The notes under the pieces: model-generated | Told to the model about the DNA's origin: nothing | Databases searched by the model: none | Seen by the model: the letters and a program-made list of their open reading frames with translations, nothing else | Part shown: piece by piece, positions 25,680-33,801 of the stretch | Numbering within the stretch: position 1 is the first letter of the stretch | Layout of the letters: the number at the start of each line of letters is the position of its first letter | Position numbers and translations under genes: made by a program | From: Chloroflexota bacterium | Lineage (GTDB): Bacteria > Chloroflexota > Anaerolineae > Anaerolineales > UBA11858 | Assembly: GCA_030666985.1 (NCBI GenBank) | Contig: DAOUWT010000002.1 | Location: forward strand, 1-38,585 | DNA: 38,585 nucleotides | Direction of reading: 5' to 3'

Positions 25680-27005
25680 ATGCCTCAAGCAACGTTCAAA
25701 TTTCCCAAGGGGTTTATGTGGGGGACGGCAACTTCTTCTCATCAGGTAGAAGGACGCAACACGAATAATAATTGGCATCAATGGGAGCAAGAGGGGCATA
25801 TCATCCATGACCATGAGTGCGGGTTGGCCTGCGATTGGTGGGGGGGACGCTGGCGCGAGGATTTCGACCGGGCCGCCGAGGGAGGGCAAAACGCCCACCG
25901 CCTTTCCCTTGAGTGGAGCCGCATCCAGCCCACTCCCGACCGCTGGGATGAGGGCGCCTTGGATCGGTACCGCCAGATGATACGCGGCTTGCACGAACGC
26001 GGCCTGAGGCCCATGGTCACTTTGCACCATTTCACAGACCCAATTTGGATCATGGAGCAAGGGGGATGGGAAAACGAGCAAACCGTGGAGCACTTCCAGG
26101 CTTATGTGGAAAAAGTAGTCACAGCCCTCAAAGAATATGTCACCACCTGGTGTACCATCAACGAGCCGAACGTATACTCAACTATGGGATACCTCATGGG
26201 CGATTTTCCTCCCGGCAAACAAGACCTGGGGAGCGCATTTCGGGTAATGACCAACTTGGTAAAAGGGCACGCGGCTGCTTACCATGCCATACATGAAATT
26301 CAGGCGGAGGCTGAAGTGGGGTTGGCCGTCAATTACCGGGGGATGGCCCCTCACCGCGCCTGGTTCCCGCTGGACCGCTTGGTAGCCGGGATCCAATCCC
26401 GAACCTATAACGATTTCTTCCCCCATGCGGCGGCGACCGGAAAACTAAAATTCCCTTTCAATCGCCAAACCATACCGGAAGCGGCCGGAACGCAGGACTT
26501 TTTAGGCATTAATTACTATACTCAAGAACTGGTCTCTTTTTCACTATTCGCAGCAAAGGAACTCTTTGGAAAACGATTCTTCAACCCGGCTGATAAAGTC
26601 AGCGAAACCGGATTTATCGCCAATCACCCTACTGGCCTCTTTGATGCTCTCAAGTGGGGACTGCAATTCAACGTTCCCCTCATCGTCACCGAAAACGGAA
26701 TAGAAGATTCCGCGGATACTCTTCGCCCTCGATATTTAGTGGAACACATCCGCCAAATTTGGTGCGGACTCAATTTCAATTGGCCAATCAGGGGCTACTT
26801 CTATTGGTCGCTGGTGGACAACTTCGAATGGGAACGGGGGTGGACGCAGCGTTTCGGCTTGTGGGAATTAGACGTGGAGACTCAGGCCCGAACCCGCCGT
26901 CCCAGCGCAGACCTCTACGCGGAAATTTGCCAGAATAACGCCCTTTCCTCGGAGATGGTCGCTGAGTACGCCCCAGGGGTGCTGGAGAAATTATTTCCGG
27001 GGTGA
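25680..27005 (+). CDS. GH1 beta-glucosidase
   Basis: 'FMWGTATSSHQVEG', the acid/base motif 'TINEPNV', the nucleophile motif 'IVTENGIED' and 'YFYWSLVDNFEWERGW'. I placed the start at ATG 25680, which has AAAGGAG upstream. The upstream ORF-track codons translate a heptamer array. Confidence 0.9.
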   Translation: MPQATFKFPKGFMWGTATSSHQVEGRNTNNNWHQWEQEGHIIHDHECGLACDWWGGRWREDFDRAAEGGQNAHRLSLEWSRIQPTPDRWDEGALDRYRQMIRGLHERGLRPMVTLHHFTDPIWIMEQGGWENEQTVEHFQAYVEKVVTALKEYVTTWCTINEPNVYSTMGYLMGDFPPGKQDLGSAFRVMTNLVKGHAAAYHAIHEIQAEAEVGLAVNYRGMAPHRAWFPLDRLVAGIQSRTYNDFFPHAAATGKLKFPFNRQTIPEAAGTQDFLGINYYTQELVSFSLFAAKELFGKRFFNPADKVSETGFIANHPTGLFDALKWGLQFNVPLIVTENGIEDSADTLRPRYLVEHIRQIWCGLNFNWPIRGYFYWSLVDNFEWERGWTQRFGLWELDVETQARTRRPSADLYAEICQNNALSSEMVAEYAPGVLEKLFPG

Positions 27006-27038
27006 TGTTGGGGATTGGGGATTGAGGCGGTTTTTGCT

Positions 27039-27067
27039 TTGACAAAACAATACCCCCATGCTAGAAT
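27039..27067 (+). promoter_or_regulatory. near-consensus sigma-70 promoter
   Basis: TTGACA (27039-27044), a 17-nt spacer, then TAGAAT (27062-27067). Confidence 0.5.
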
Positions 27068-27295
27068 TATTGCGTTAGTAGAATTTTGGTGCTCCGGCTG
27101 GCACTTTTTAGCCAGCATTAGGCCGTTCCAGGAAAATAGGTATCCCGAAAATACCACGCTATCGCATACAGAGACGGTGTTTTGGGATGATCTAAATTCT
27201 GGAACTACCAAGTTGGAAGAATGTTGTTTTATCAGTTTTTATTTAAGTTCATTTCAGACATTTATCGTCTAACTTAAATTTCAACCTGAAATCAT

Positions 27296-27331
27296 CACCC
27301 GGCCGATACTACTTCGTCCGGGTGTTTTTTT
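27296..27331 (+). terminator. rho-independent terminator/attenuator upstream of rnj
   Basis: Stem CACCCGG (27296-27302) pairs with CCGGGTG (27318-27324), followed by TTTTTTT. Confidence 0.6.
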
Positions 27332-27449
27332 ATTATTCACCGTGCTTTTACTCCTGAAATTACGGAAACACAAACAAGGAAAAACACATCACTTACCAGA
27401 ATTAACTCTTCAGGATAAAAGACTATATTAAATTTACGCGAGGTAAAAA

Positions 27450-29087
27450 ATGAGTTCGAAAAAATTAAAAATCATTCCTATTGGAGGATTGGGGGAAGTT
27501 GGGAAGAACATGATGGTCTACGAATATGACGGGAGCATCTTGATTGTTGATACCGGGATGATGTTCCCGGAAAATGACATGTTGGGCATAGACTACATCA
27601 TTCCCGATTTTGAGTACGTTCGTAAGCGAAAAGACATGGTGCGGGGGATTGTTTTTACCCACGGACACATGGATCACATAGGAGCAGTTTCTCATATTGT
27701 AGAAGAAATTTCCGCGCCTCTTTATGCCACCCCGCTAACGCGGGGACTGATCGAGGTCAAACTATCCGAAGATAGATTACTAAGTAAAGTTAACCTCAAC
27801 ACCATCCATGCCGGAGACTGTTTTAACGTTGGCCCCTTCAAAGTAGAAGCCTTCCACGTTTGCCATTCCATCCCCGACACGGTGGGCTTGGGTATTAGCT
27901 CCCCAGCGGGTTTAGTGGTTCACGCCAGCGATTATAAATTCGACCCTACTCCTGTAGATGGCTGGCCGACAGATTTCGCCAAGCTGGCAGATTTCTCCGG
28001 GCGGGGCGTCCTGGCCCTTTTGGCAGATTCCACAAATGCCGACCAACCCGGCTGGACACCTTCTGAAAAGGAGCTAGACACCGCCTTAGACAAGATATTC
28101 CAAACTGCACCGGGACGAATAATCATAGCTTCTTTCGCATCCCTGGTTTCAAGAATGAAACAAGTAGCGAAAGCTGCCGAACGCTACGGGCGCAAAATGG
28201 CCTTTGTGGGCTACAGCATGTGCCAAAACTCAGAGATGGCCCACAAATTAGGATACTTGAACATCCCCGACGATGTCCTCGTAGACCTAAACGAAGCCCT
28301 AAGCATGAAGCCCCGTGATGTCGTCCTCATGGCTACCGGCTCGCAGGGAGAACCTTATTCCATCATGGGACGTCTTTCGCGAGGCACCAACCGCCGCTTC
28401 GATTTGCTCGAAGATGACACAGTTGTTCTCTCTTCACACACCATCCCCGGAAACGAGGAGAGCGTCTACCAAACCATCAACCGCCTCTTCCAGCGCGGCG
28501 CAAATGTGGTTTACGCCCCGTTATCGCACATACACGTTTCGGGACACGCCAAGCAAGACGAAATGAAATTGATGATCAATCTTGTCAACCCCAAGTACCT
28601 GATCCCCGTGCATGGAGAATTGCGGCATCTCAAGCAACATGCCATATTGGCGGCGGAGGCTGGTTTCCCAGCCGAGAACATTGCCGCCGTAGAAAATGGG
28701 CAAGTGTTGGAATTCGAAGATGGAGAAATGACCATTGGGGAGCGCATCCCCGGCGGTTACGTTTTCGTGGACGGCGCCCGGGTGGGAGACATTGGCCCCA
28801 GCGTGGTGCGAGAGCGGGAAGCCTTAGCCCAAGACGGCGTGGTGATGATCAGCCTTGTCTTGAACCACAAAGGCCAATTGCAAACAGACCCAGAAATCGT
28901 TTCCCGAGGATTTGTGTACAAGCACGGTGATAGCGACATCATGGATGAAACGCAAAAGAAAGTGATTGATCTTGTCAAGAAAACAAAAGGCGGCATCCAT
29001 GAGCAAGTTGTAAAATCTGTGCGCTCTTTCCTGTATAGCAAAACTAAAAAACGGCCCGTTGTGCTCGTCACGCTAAGTTGGGTGTAA
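27450..29087 (+). CDS. rnj: ribonuclease J
   Basis: 545-aa ORF with the N-terminus 'KIIPIGGLGEVGKNM', the metallo-beta-lactamase motif 'FTHGHMDHIG', a beta-CASP region and 'HVSGHA'. GAGGT RBS. Confidence 0.92.
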   Translation: MSSKKLKIIPIGGLGEVGKNMMVYEYDGSILIVDTGMMFPENDMLGIDYIIPDFEYVRKRKDMVRGIVFTHGHMDHIGAVSHIVEEISAPLYATPLTRGLIEVKLSEDRLLSKVNLNTIHAGDCFNVGPFKVEAFHVCHSIPDTVGLGISSPAGLVVHASDYKFDPTPVDGWPTDFAKLADFSGRGVLALLADSTNADQPGWTPSEKELDTALDKIFQTAPGRIIIASFASLVSRMKQVAKAAERYGRKMAFVGYSMCQNSEMAHKLGYLNIPDDVLVDLNEALSMKPRDVVLMATGSQGEPYSIMGRLSRGTNRRFDLLEDDTVVLSSHTIPGNEESVYQTINRLFQRGANVVYAPLSHIHVSGHAKQDEMKLMINLVNPKYLIPVHGELRHLKQHAILAAEAGFPAENIAAVENGQVLEFEDGEMTIGERIPGGYVFVDGARVGDIGPSVVREREALAQDGVVMISLVLNHKGQLQTDPEIVSRGFVYKHGDSDIMDETQKKVIDLVKKTKGGIHEQVVKSVRSFLYSKTKKRPVVLVTLSWV

Positions 29088-29094
29088 AAAGCTG

Positions 29095-29223
29095 GGAGAT
29101 TGGTAGACTGGTAGATTGGGAAATTGGGAAACTGGTAGACTGGGAAAACCAATATACCAATATACTAATATACTAATCCCCAATATACCAACATACCAAT
29201 ATACCAATCCCCAATATACCAAC
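29095..29223. repeat. inverted pair of octamer tandem arrays between convergent rnj and pcm
   Basis: The left arm has GATTGGTA/GACTGGTA/GATTGGGA/AATTGGGA units. The right arm has their approximate complements CCAATATA/CTAATATA/CCAACATA/CCAATCCC. Together they give a long imperfect hairpin. Confidence 0.85.
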
Positions 29224-29874
29224 TCACAACCGGGGAGTATCCCATCCGTGTCTTCCCAGTAAGGGGACAAAAGCAACCGGGGCAAGTTTTTTCGAGGTGA
29301 ATTCCTCCCCCCGTCGCTGCCAAAGCTCCATCACCTGCCCAAAGCGTTCCCCCACCGGCATAATCAACTTCCCGCCGTCCTGCAATTGTTCGAGCAAGGG
29401 GCGGGGGACAGCAGGGGCGGCGGCCGTGACCATCACCGCGGCGTAGGGGGCAAATTCCAGCAGGCCCAAGGTGCCATCCCCCTGGTGGACGTGAATATTT
29501 TCGTAGCCCAGCTTGGACAGGCGTTTTTGGGCCGCGCGTGCTAATTTGTCGTGGCGCTCTATAGTATGAACTTCGGCCGCTAATCCCCCCAAAATGGCCG
29601 CCTGATACCCGGAGCCAGTCCCAATCTCTAGGATAATTTCATCCCCTTGTAGATTTAAGAGATCGGTCATATAGGCCACAATATAGGGCTGGGAGATGGT
29701 TTGCCCCTTGCCAATCGGCAGCGGGCTGTCGGCATAAGCGTGGTCACGGTCTCTCGCGGGGACAAAAAGGTGCCGGGGGACAGTTCGAAAGGCCTCCAAG
29801 ACGCGCTCATCTCGAATGCCGCGTCTGGCGATTTGCACATCTACCATCTCTTCACGCGCTAGTTGATAGTTCAT
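29224..29874 (-). CDS. pcm: protein-L-isoaspartate O-methyltransferase
   Basis: 'QTISQPYIVAYM' and the SAM motif 'ILEIGTGSGYQAA'. I placed the start at ATG 29874 (MNYQLAREEM). The upstream 'MHPLHPLHPLH' in the ORF track is translated repeat. Confidence 0.9.
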   Translation of the reverse strand: MNYQLAREEMVDVQIARRGIRDERVLEAFRTVPRHLFVPARDRDHAYADSPLPIGKGQTISQPYIVAYMTDLLNLQGDEIILEIGTGSGYQAAILGGLAAEVHTIERHDKLARAAQKRLSKLGYENIHVHQGDGTLGLLEFAPYAAVMVTAAAPAVPRPLLEQLQDGGKLIMPVGERFGQVMELWQRRGEEFTSKKLAPVAFVPLLGRHGWDTPRL

Positions 29875-30001
29875 GGTTTTTTGAGAATGCAGAGGGTGCA
29901 AAGGGTGCAGAGGGTGCAAATGAAACTATCACTTTCTCAGGGATTTTTTGCCTCTTCTGGTTCTTCTGTCTCTTCTGTTTCCTCTGCCTCCTCTGGCTCT
30001 T

Positions 30002-31066
30002 CTACCCCGCCAGCAAATAAGCAAGTACCCACTTGGTGGTCGCCGCCAGAGCGTCTGTGTGAGTGCGTTCGTAACTATGAGAGGCATCCACGCCGGGGCC
30101 AATTAGGGCCACCGCCACATCGCCTCCCGCCCGCCAATAGGCTTCCCCGTCAGAGCCATAATAGGGGTAAATATCGACTTTGAAGGGGATTGCGTGTTCT
30201 CGAGCCAACTTCCGGAGACGCTGGTTCAGGCCATGGTGATAAGGCCCGCCGGAGTCCTTGACACAGAGAGTGACATTGAACTCGTCTGAGGTTTGACCTT
30301 TCCCTACCGCCGCCATATCCACAGCGAGCAATTCGCTCAAGTTTTCCGGGAGGCCGCTGGCGGCCCCGTGCCCGACCTCTTCGTAATTGCTAAAGTGGAA
30401 GGTCGTATCCTGGGCCGGACGCAAATCCGCCTCGTGAAGCGCTCTGATAGCAGCCATCAGGCAGGCTATCCCGGCCTTGTCGTCCAGGTGGCGGGAGCGG
30501 ACAAAGCCGTTAGTGATCTCCACGCGGGGATCGAAGGCCACAAAATCACCCACCTCAATGCCCAATTCCTGGGTCTCTTCCTGAGAGGTGGTGCGGGCAT
30601 CCAGGCGGACCTCTATATGGTCATCGTCGCGTTTGGTTTCTCCCACGTCTTTGCCATGGACATGAACCGAGGCGGCATCAATGAGGATAGAACCACGCAC
30701 AGGCTCACCATGACTCGCGAAGACGGTACATCCTTCCCCTTCCACCGTGTTCCAAGAGAAGCCTCCCAATTTTGTCAACTTCAAACGCCCACTGCCCTTG
30801 ATCTCTTTCACCATAGCGCCCAGGGTGTCGGCGTGCGCCGTCAACCCGCGCGGAGATGTGGCACTTTGGCCTTTCCACGTTGCCACCAGGCCGCCTTTCT
30901 TGGTCCGAGAGATTTCCAAAACCGGGAAAACAGCTAAGGCCGCCTCTACATAGGCGATGGCCTTATCAGTGTAACCGGTTGGGCTGGGGATGTTCAAGAG
31001 GCCAACTAAAAAATCAATCAAGTACTCGTTATTTATGGCAGGGATTGTATTCAGGGAGAACCTCAA
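30002..31066 (-). CDS. M42-family metallopeptidase (glutamyl aminopeptidase / CelM-like)
   Basis: 'RHLDDKAGIACLM', 'FSNYEEVGHGA' and 'VDMAAVG'. The start is uncertain. The 432-aa ORF-track version has about 75 repeat-derived N-terminal codons and overlaps the thioesterase gene. TTG 31066 (…RFSLNTIPAINNEYLIDFL) gives a typical ~355-aa M42 protein. Confidence 0.78.
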   Translation of the reverse strand: MRFSLNTIPAINNEYLIDFLVGLLNIPSPTGYTDKAIAYVEAALAVFPVLEISRTKKGGLVATWKGQSATSPRGLTAHADTLGAMVKEIKGSGRLKLTKLGGFSWNTVEGEGCTVFASHGEPVRGSILIDAASVHVHGKDVGETKRDDDHIEVRLDARTTSQEETQELGIEVGDFVAFDPRVEITNGFVRSRHLDDKAGIACLMAAIRALHEADLRPAQDTTFHFSNYEEVGHGAASGLPENLSELLAVDMAAVGKGQTSDEFNVTLCVKDSGGPYHHGLNQRLRKLAREHAIPFKVDIYPYYGSDGEAYWRAGGDVAVALIGPGVDASHSYERTHTDALAATTKWVLAYLLAG

Positions 31067-31248
31067 CTTTGATGCGGTATAGGATGTTCCAAGATTTAAA
31101 TCATCCCAATCCGTGTTGCGTCCCCCTACGGGGATGCTTCGCGATGTTTCGTGTTGCGTGGGGGAGACTTTACGAAATACGCTTGTCAACGGCACACCCA
31201 AGGGGTGCACACCGTGAGCAAAGCGACGCAACACGAATTTTGGGGCAA

Positions 31249-31680
31249 TTATTTTCTTGGAATTTCCATATTCTCGAAAGCGGCAATTGCCTCGCGCCAT
31301 GCTGCTGGGATGGGAACTGTGCGGCCTTCGCGATAGTTATAAGCGACCAAGGTGGTGCTGCCCGTGGCGTAAACTTTCTCGTCCATCACCCCCGCTATTT
31401 GATACTCCATCTCGAGGCTTTTTTCACCGATACGTGAAACGCGCATTTTTATTTGAATGTCATCGGAGAGAAGAATGGGAGCCTTGAAATCTACATGGGC
31501 ATTTGCTAAAACAAAGCCGAGATCGAGAAAAGATTTCCCATCCCAAAGTTCAAGATGCTGAATGTAAACCACTCGAGCTTGCTCGAAGTAGCTCAGGTAA
31601 CGGGCGTTGTTGACATGCCCCTGGGGGTCAAGATCACTGTAGCGGACGATGATGGGGCAGGAAAAGCGGAAGTCGGGCAT
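31249..31680 (-). CDS. acyl-CoA thioesterase, hotdog fold (YbgC/4HBT family)
   Basis: 143 aa with 'VRYSDLDPQGHVNNARYLSYFEQAR', the canonical 4HBT N-terminal motif. Confidence 0.85.
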   Translation of the reverse strand: MPDFRFSCPIIVRYSDLDPQGHVNNARYLSYFEQARVVYIQHLELWDGKSFLDLGFVLANAHVDFKAPILLSDDIQIKMRVSRIGEKSLEMEYQIAGVMDEKVYATGSTTLVAYNYREGRTVPIPAAWREAIAAFENMEIPRK

Positions 31681-31877
31681 AGGGGTATTATAATGTAAAA
31701 AGTGCGTGAAGGGTAGAGAGAGGCAGGGAAACAGGAAAACAGGGGATCAGGGAAACAGGATGGGTTGAGCAAAGGGTCTGGCGATTGGCGGTTTGCGGGA
31801 GCGATACACGGTATAATAAGCTCCGACACGACAAGAAGGAATGACATTAAACGTTCTGAGTATAGGCTGTGAAATCA

Positions 31878-32846
31878 ATGTCCAAAAACACCACTCCTCC
31901 AAAAACAAGCCACCGAATGAATTCGGCGTCTTCCTCCGGGAAATGGCTCCTGGGCCTCTCAATCTTTGTTCTGATCCTCATTGCGGTAGGGAGTGGAATA
32001 GCGGGGTTCCAAGCCAACCTTCAGGTGGAGGATAGCGGCCAAACGGCTCAGGATATGATGGCAGCCATGGTCGCCGCCCAAGAGCAGTTCGTCCTGGGGA
32101 ATCAGGCCCTGGACGCCGAACGCTACATGGATGCTAAAATGCACTTCGAATATGTTCTCAAAATAGACCCGGCCTTCCCGGACATCGAGAAAAAATTGGT
32201 CGCCGCTCTAATAGGCATCTACGCCGAACCTACCCAAACGCCCGCGCCCGATCCGCAGGTCACTCCCACAATCACGCCAACACCTGAAATCCCAAATGAG
32301 GCCGAGCTTTTGTACCAGGCCCAAGACCTCGTGAAAAACAGGGAATGGTCACTGGCAATCGAGACCCTGCAAGCCTTACGCGCCTTTCATCCGGAGCATC
32401 AGCCCGCCGAGGTGGATGGCTTGTTATTCACCGCTCTCTACAACCGGGGGATGGCGTACATTGGGGAGGGGGACCTGGCGGGGGGCGTCTACGACCTGGA
32501 ACGCGCGGCCCGCTTCGGCGTCCTGGACGTGGAGGGGCAAAACAGCCTGGAGTGGGCCAGCTTCTACCTGACCGGAGTGAGTTATTGGGGCATAGATTGG
32601 CGCAAGGCGGTCTACTATTTTAGTTTGATAGTGGACGAAGCACCTGGCTTTCAGGACGCTTCGGGGGCCACAGTCCAGGAGCGCTACCGGGACGCAGTTC
32701 AACAATACGCTGAATCATTGACGGAAAAAGCAGAATGGTGCGAAGCGGAACGCTATTTTAGGATCGCTTTGGAATATGGGGGAGAAGCGAGCTTAGAGGC
32801 GAAAGTAAAAGACGCTGCCGAGATGTGTGAGGAAAAGGGAGGTTAA
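31878..32846 (+). CDS. membrane-anchored TPR-like protein
   Basis: It has a TM helix 'WLLGLSIFVLILIAVGSGIAGF', a Pro/Thr linker 'TPAPDPQVTPTITPTPE' and helical repeat-like remainder. I preferred ATG 31878 over the GTG at 31869. Confidence 0.65.
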   Translation: MSKNTTPPKTSHRMNSASSSGKWLLGLSIFVLILIAVGSGIAGFQANLQVEDSGQTAQDMMAAMVAAQEQFVLGNQALDAERYMDAKMHFEYVLKIDPAFPDIEKKLVAALIGIYAEPTQTPAPDPQVTPTITPTPEIPNEAELLYQAQDLVKNREWSLAIETLQALRAFHPEHQPAEVDGLLFTALYNRGMAYIGEGDLAGGVYDLERAARFGVLDVEGQNSLEWASFYLTGVSYWGIDWRKAVYYFSLIVDEAPGFQDASGATVQERYRDAVQQYAESLTEKAEWCEAERYFRIALEYGGEASLEAKVKDAAEMCEEKGG

Positions 32847-33030
32847 TTTGGGTCTCTGGGAACTTACGGGATAGATTTGCCAAATCGCAATTTTTCGCCA
32901 CTAACGCTTTGCGTATGTTTTACGCCGCGTGCCCATGGTATTCGTGCTAATTCGTGAAATTCGTGGCAAATGTTTGTTCAATCCCGTGAAATCCTAAAGA
33001 GCCAATATATTTTAGCAAATACCCCCACCA

Positions 33031-33115
33031 TCACCTTGGACTCCCCCACAAGCTTAGAGTGATATTCGTTCCTGGCCTTGGTTTTCAGGGCGGCGCTGCA
33101 AGTTATCGGTAGGCA
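33031..33115. repeat. copy A of a diverged ~85-bp direct repeat
   Basis: It aligns without indels to 33802-33886: TCACCTTGGACTC...CTGCAAGTTATCG, with roughly two-thirds of positions identical by eye. Confidence 0.7.
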
Positions 33116-33319
33116 TTATCTTTGAGGCAGAGCTAACTCATTTTCTCTTGCAATTCTAATTAAAAATCGCAGAGCTTCATTAACCGCCTCAGAGTCTGGA
33201 AACACATTGGCCACATCCTCTTCTAAGCGGACAGATGGCCCGAACCCCTTTCGTCCAGGCCCAACCTTTCTCACCCGCAAACTCCTCAAGTCGTATTCTG
33301 GGCGCAGTTCATCATCCAT
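33116..33319 (-). CDS. small antitoxin-like protein (orphan)
   Basis: 67 aa beginning 'MDDELRPEYDLRSLRVRKVGPGRKGF...', an N-terminal pattern I associate with small type II antitoxins. A 24-codon mini-ORF (33319..33393) overlaps its ATG as TAATG. Confidence 0.5.
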   Translation of the reverse strand: MDDELRPEYDLRSLRVRKVGPGRKGFGPSVRLEEDVANVFPDSEAVNEALRFLIRIARENELALPQR

Positions 33320-33423
33320 TATTGTTTTAACCTTCTCCTTGCTAAATACACCTGCCTGTGTAATTGAAACTTAAAGTATCCATCTTGTGTCATTAGCAAA
33401 ACAGCAACCAAGTTAATTATCTG

Positions 33424-33636
33424 CTATGCCCTAAATAATTTTTCAGAAATTTCTATGTTTTGTTTAAGCAAAGAATTGACAACTTCGCTCAAAGAAAGAA
33501 CGGTATCTTTATTTTGGATATTTTCGATAAAAAAGTCTTTAACCTCTTTATCTAAATAGATTGGAATATCTAATTCCTCTATTGGTCTATAAAATTTGCC
33601 TTGTTCTGCATTTGTGAAATCGTATTCTTTTTTCAT
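33424..33636 (-). CDS. small antitoxin-like protein
   Basis: 70 aa counted from ATG 33636: 'MKKEYDFTNAEQGKFYRPIEELDIPIYLDKEVKDFF...'. The 'KEYDF..A..GKFY' start followed by 'P(I/V)YLD' is typical of a widespread small antitoxin-like family. Confidence 0.55.
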   Translation of the reverse strand: MKKEYDFTNAEQGKFYRPIEELDIPIYLDKEVKDFFIENIQNKDTVLSLSEVVNSLLKQNIEISEKLFRA

Positions 33637-33697
33637 TTTGGACACCTTTTTTGATATGCCTGATTTTCTCTTTATTTGTATCCCATTCAAATTTCAC
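33587..33697 (-). pseudogene. truncated BrnT/DUF497-like toxin remnant
   Basis: Reading from GTG 33697 gives '(M)KFEWDTNKEKIRHIKKGV', matching the BrnT N-terminal signature (FEWDxxK...N..KHGV). The frame then runs out of phase into the antitoxin-like gene and stops after 36 codons. Confidence 0.4.
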
Positions 33698-33801
33698 AGC
33701 ATGTAGTCCTCAAGAGGAGCATCAAAGTCAGCTGGCATTTCAACAAGCCCTCGCAAATTTTGTCTTAGATAACTGAAGTATACCATAGGTAAATGTTACT
33801 T

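Noticed and set aside
27015-27272. 85-aa ORF between the beta-glucosidase gene and rnj
   Set aside because: It starts upstream of the only good promoter and has no RBS. Its composition is Cys/Trp/Phe-rich and non-protein-like. The region is better explained as a non-coding leader or sRNA.
29095-29223. Short regularly spaced repeats that might be mistaken for a CRISPR array. The same applies to the other heptamer/octamer arrays.
   Set aside because: The units are only 7-10 nt and directly abut each other with no spacers. No cas genes are present in the window.
31249-31300. Apparent 52-nt overlap between the thioesterase gene and the M42 peptidase ORF
   Set aside because: It is an artefact of the repeat-derived N-terminal extension of the peptidase ORF. 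With an internal start, the genes are separated by a repeat-filled spacer.
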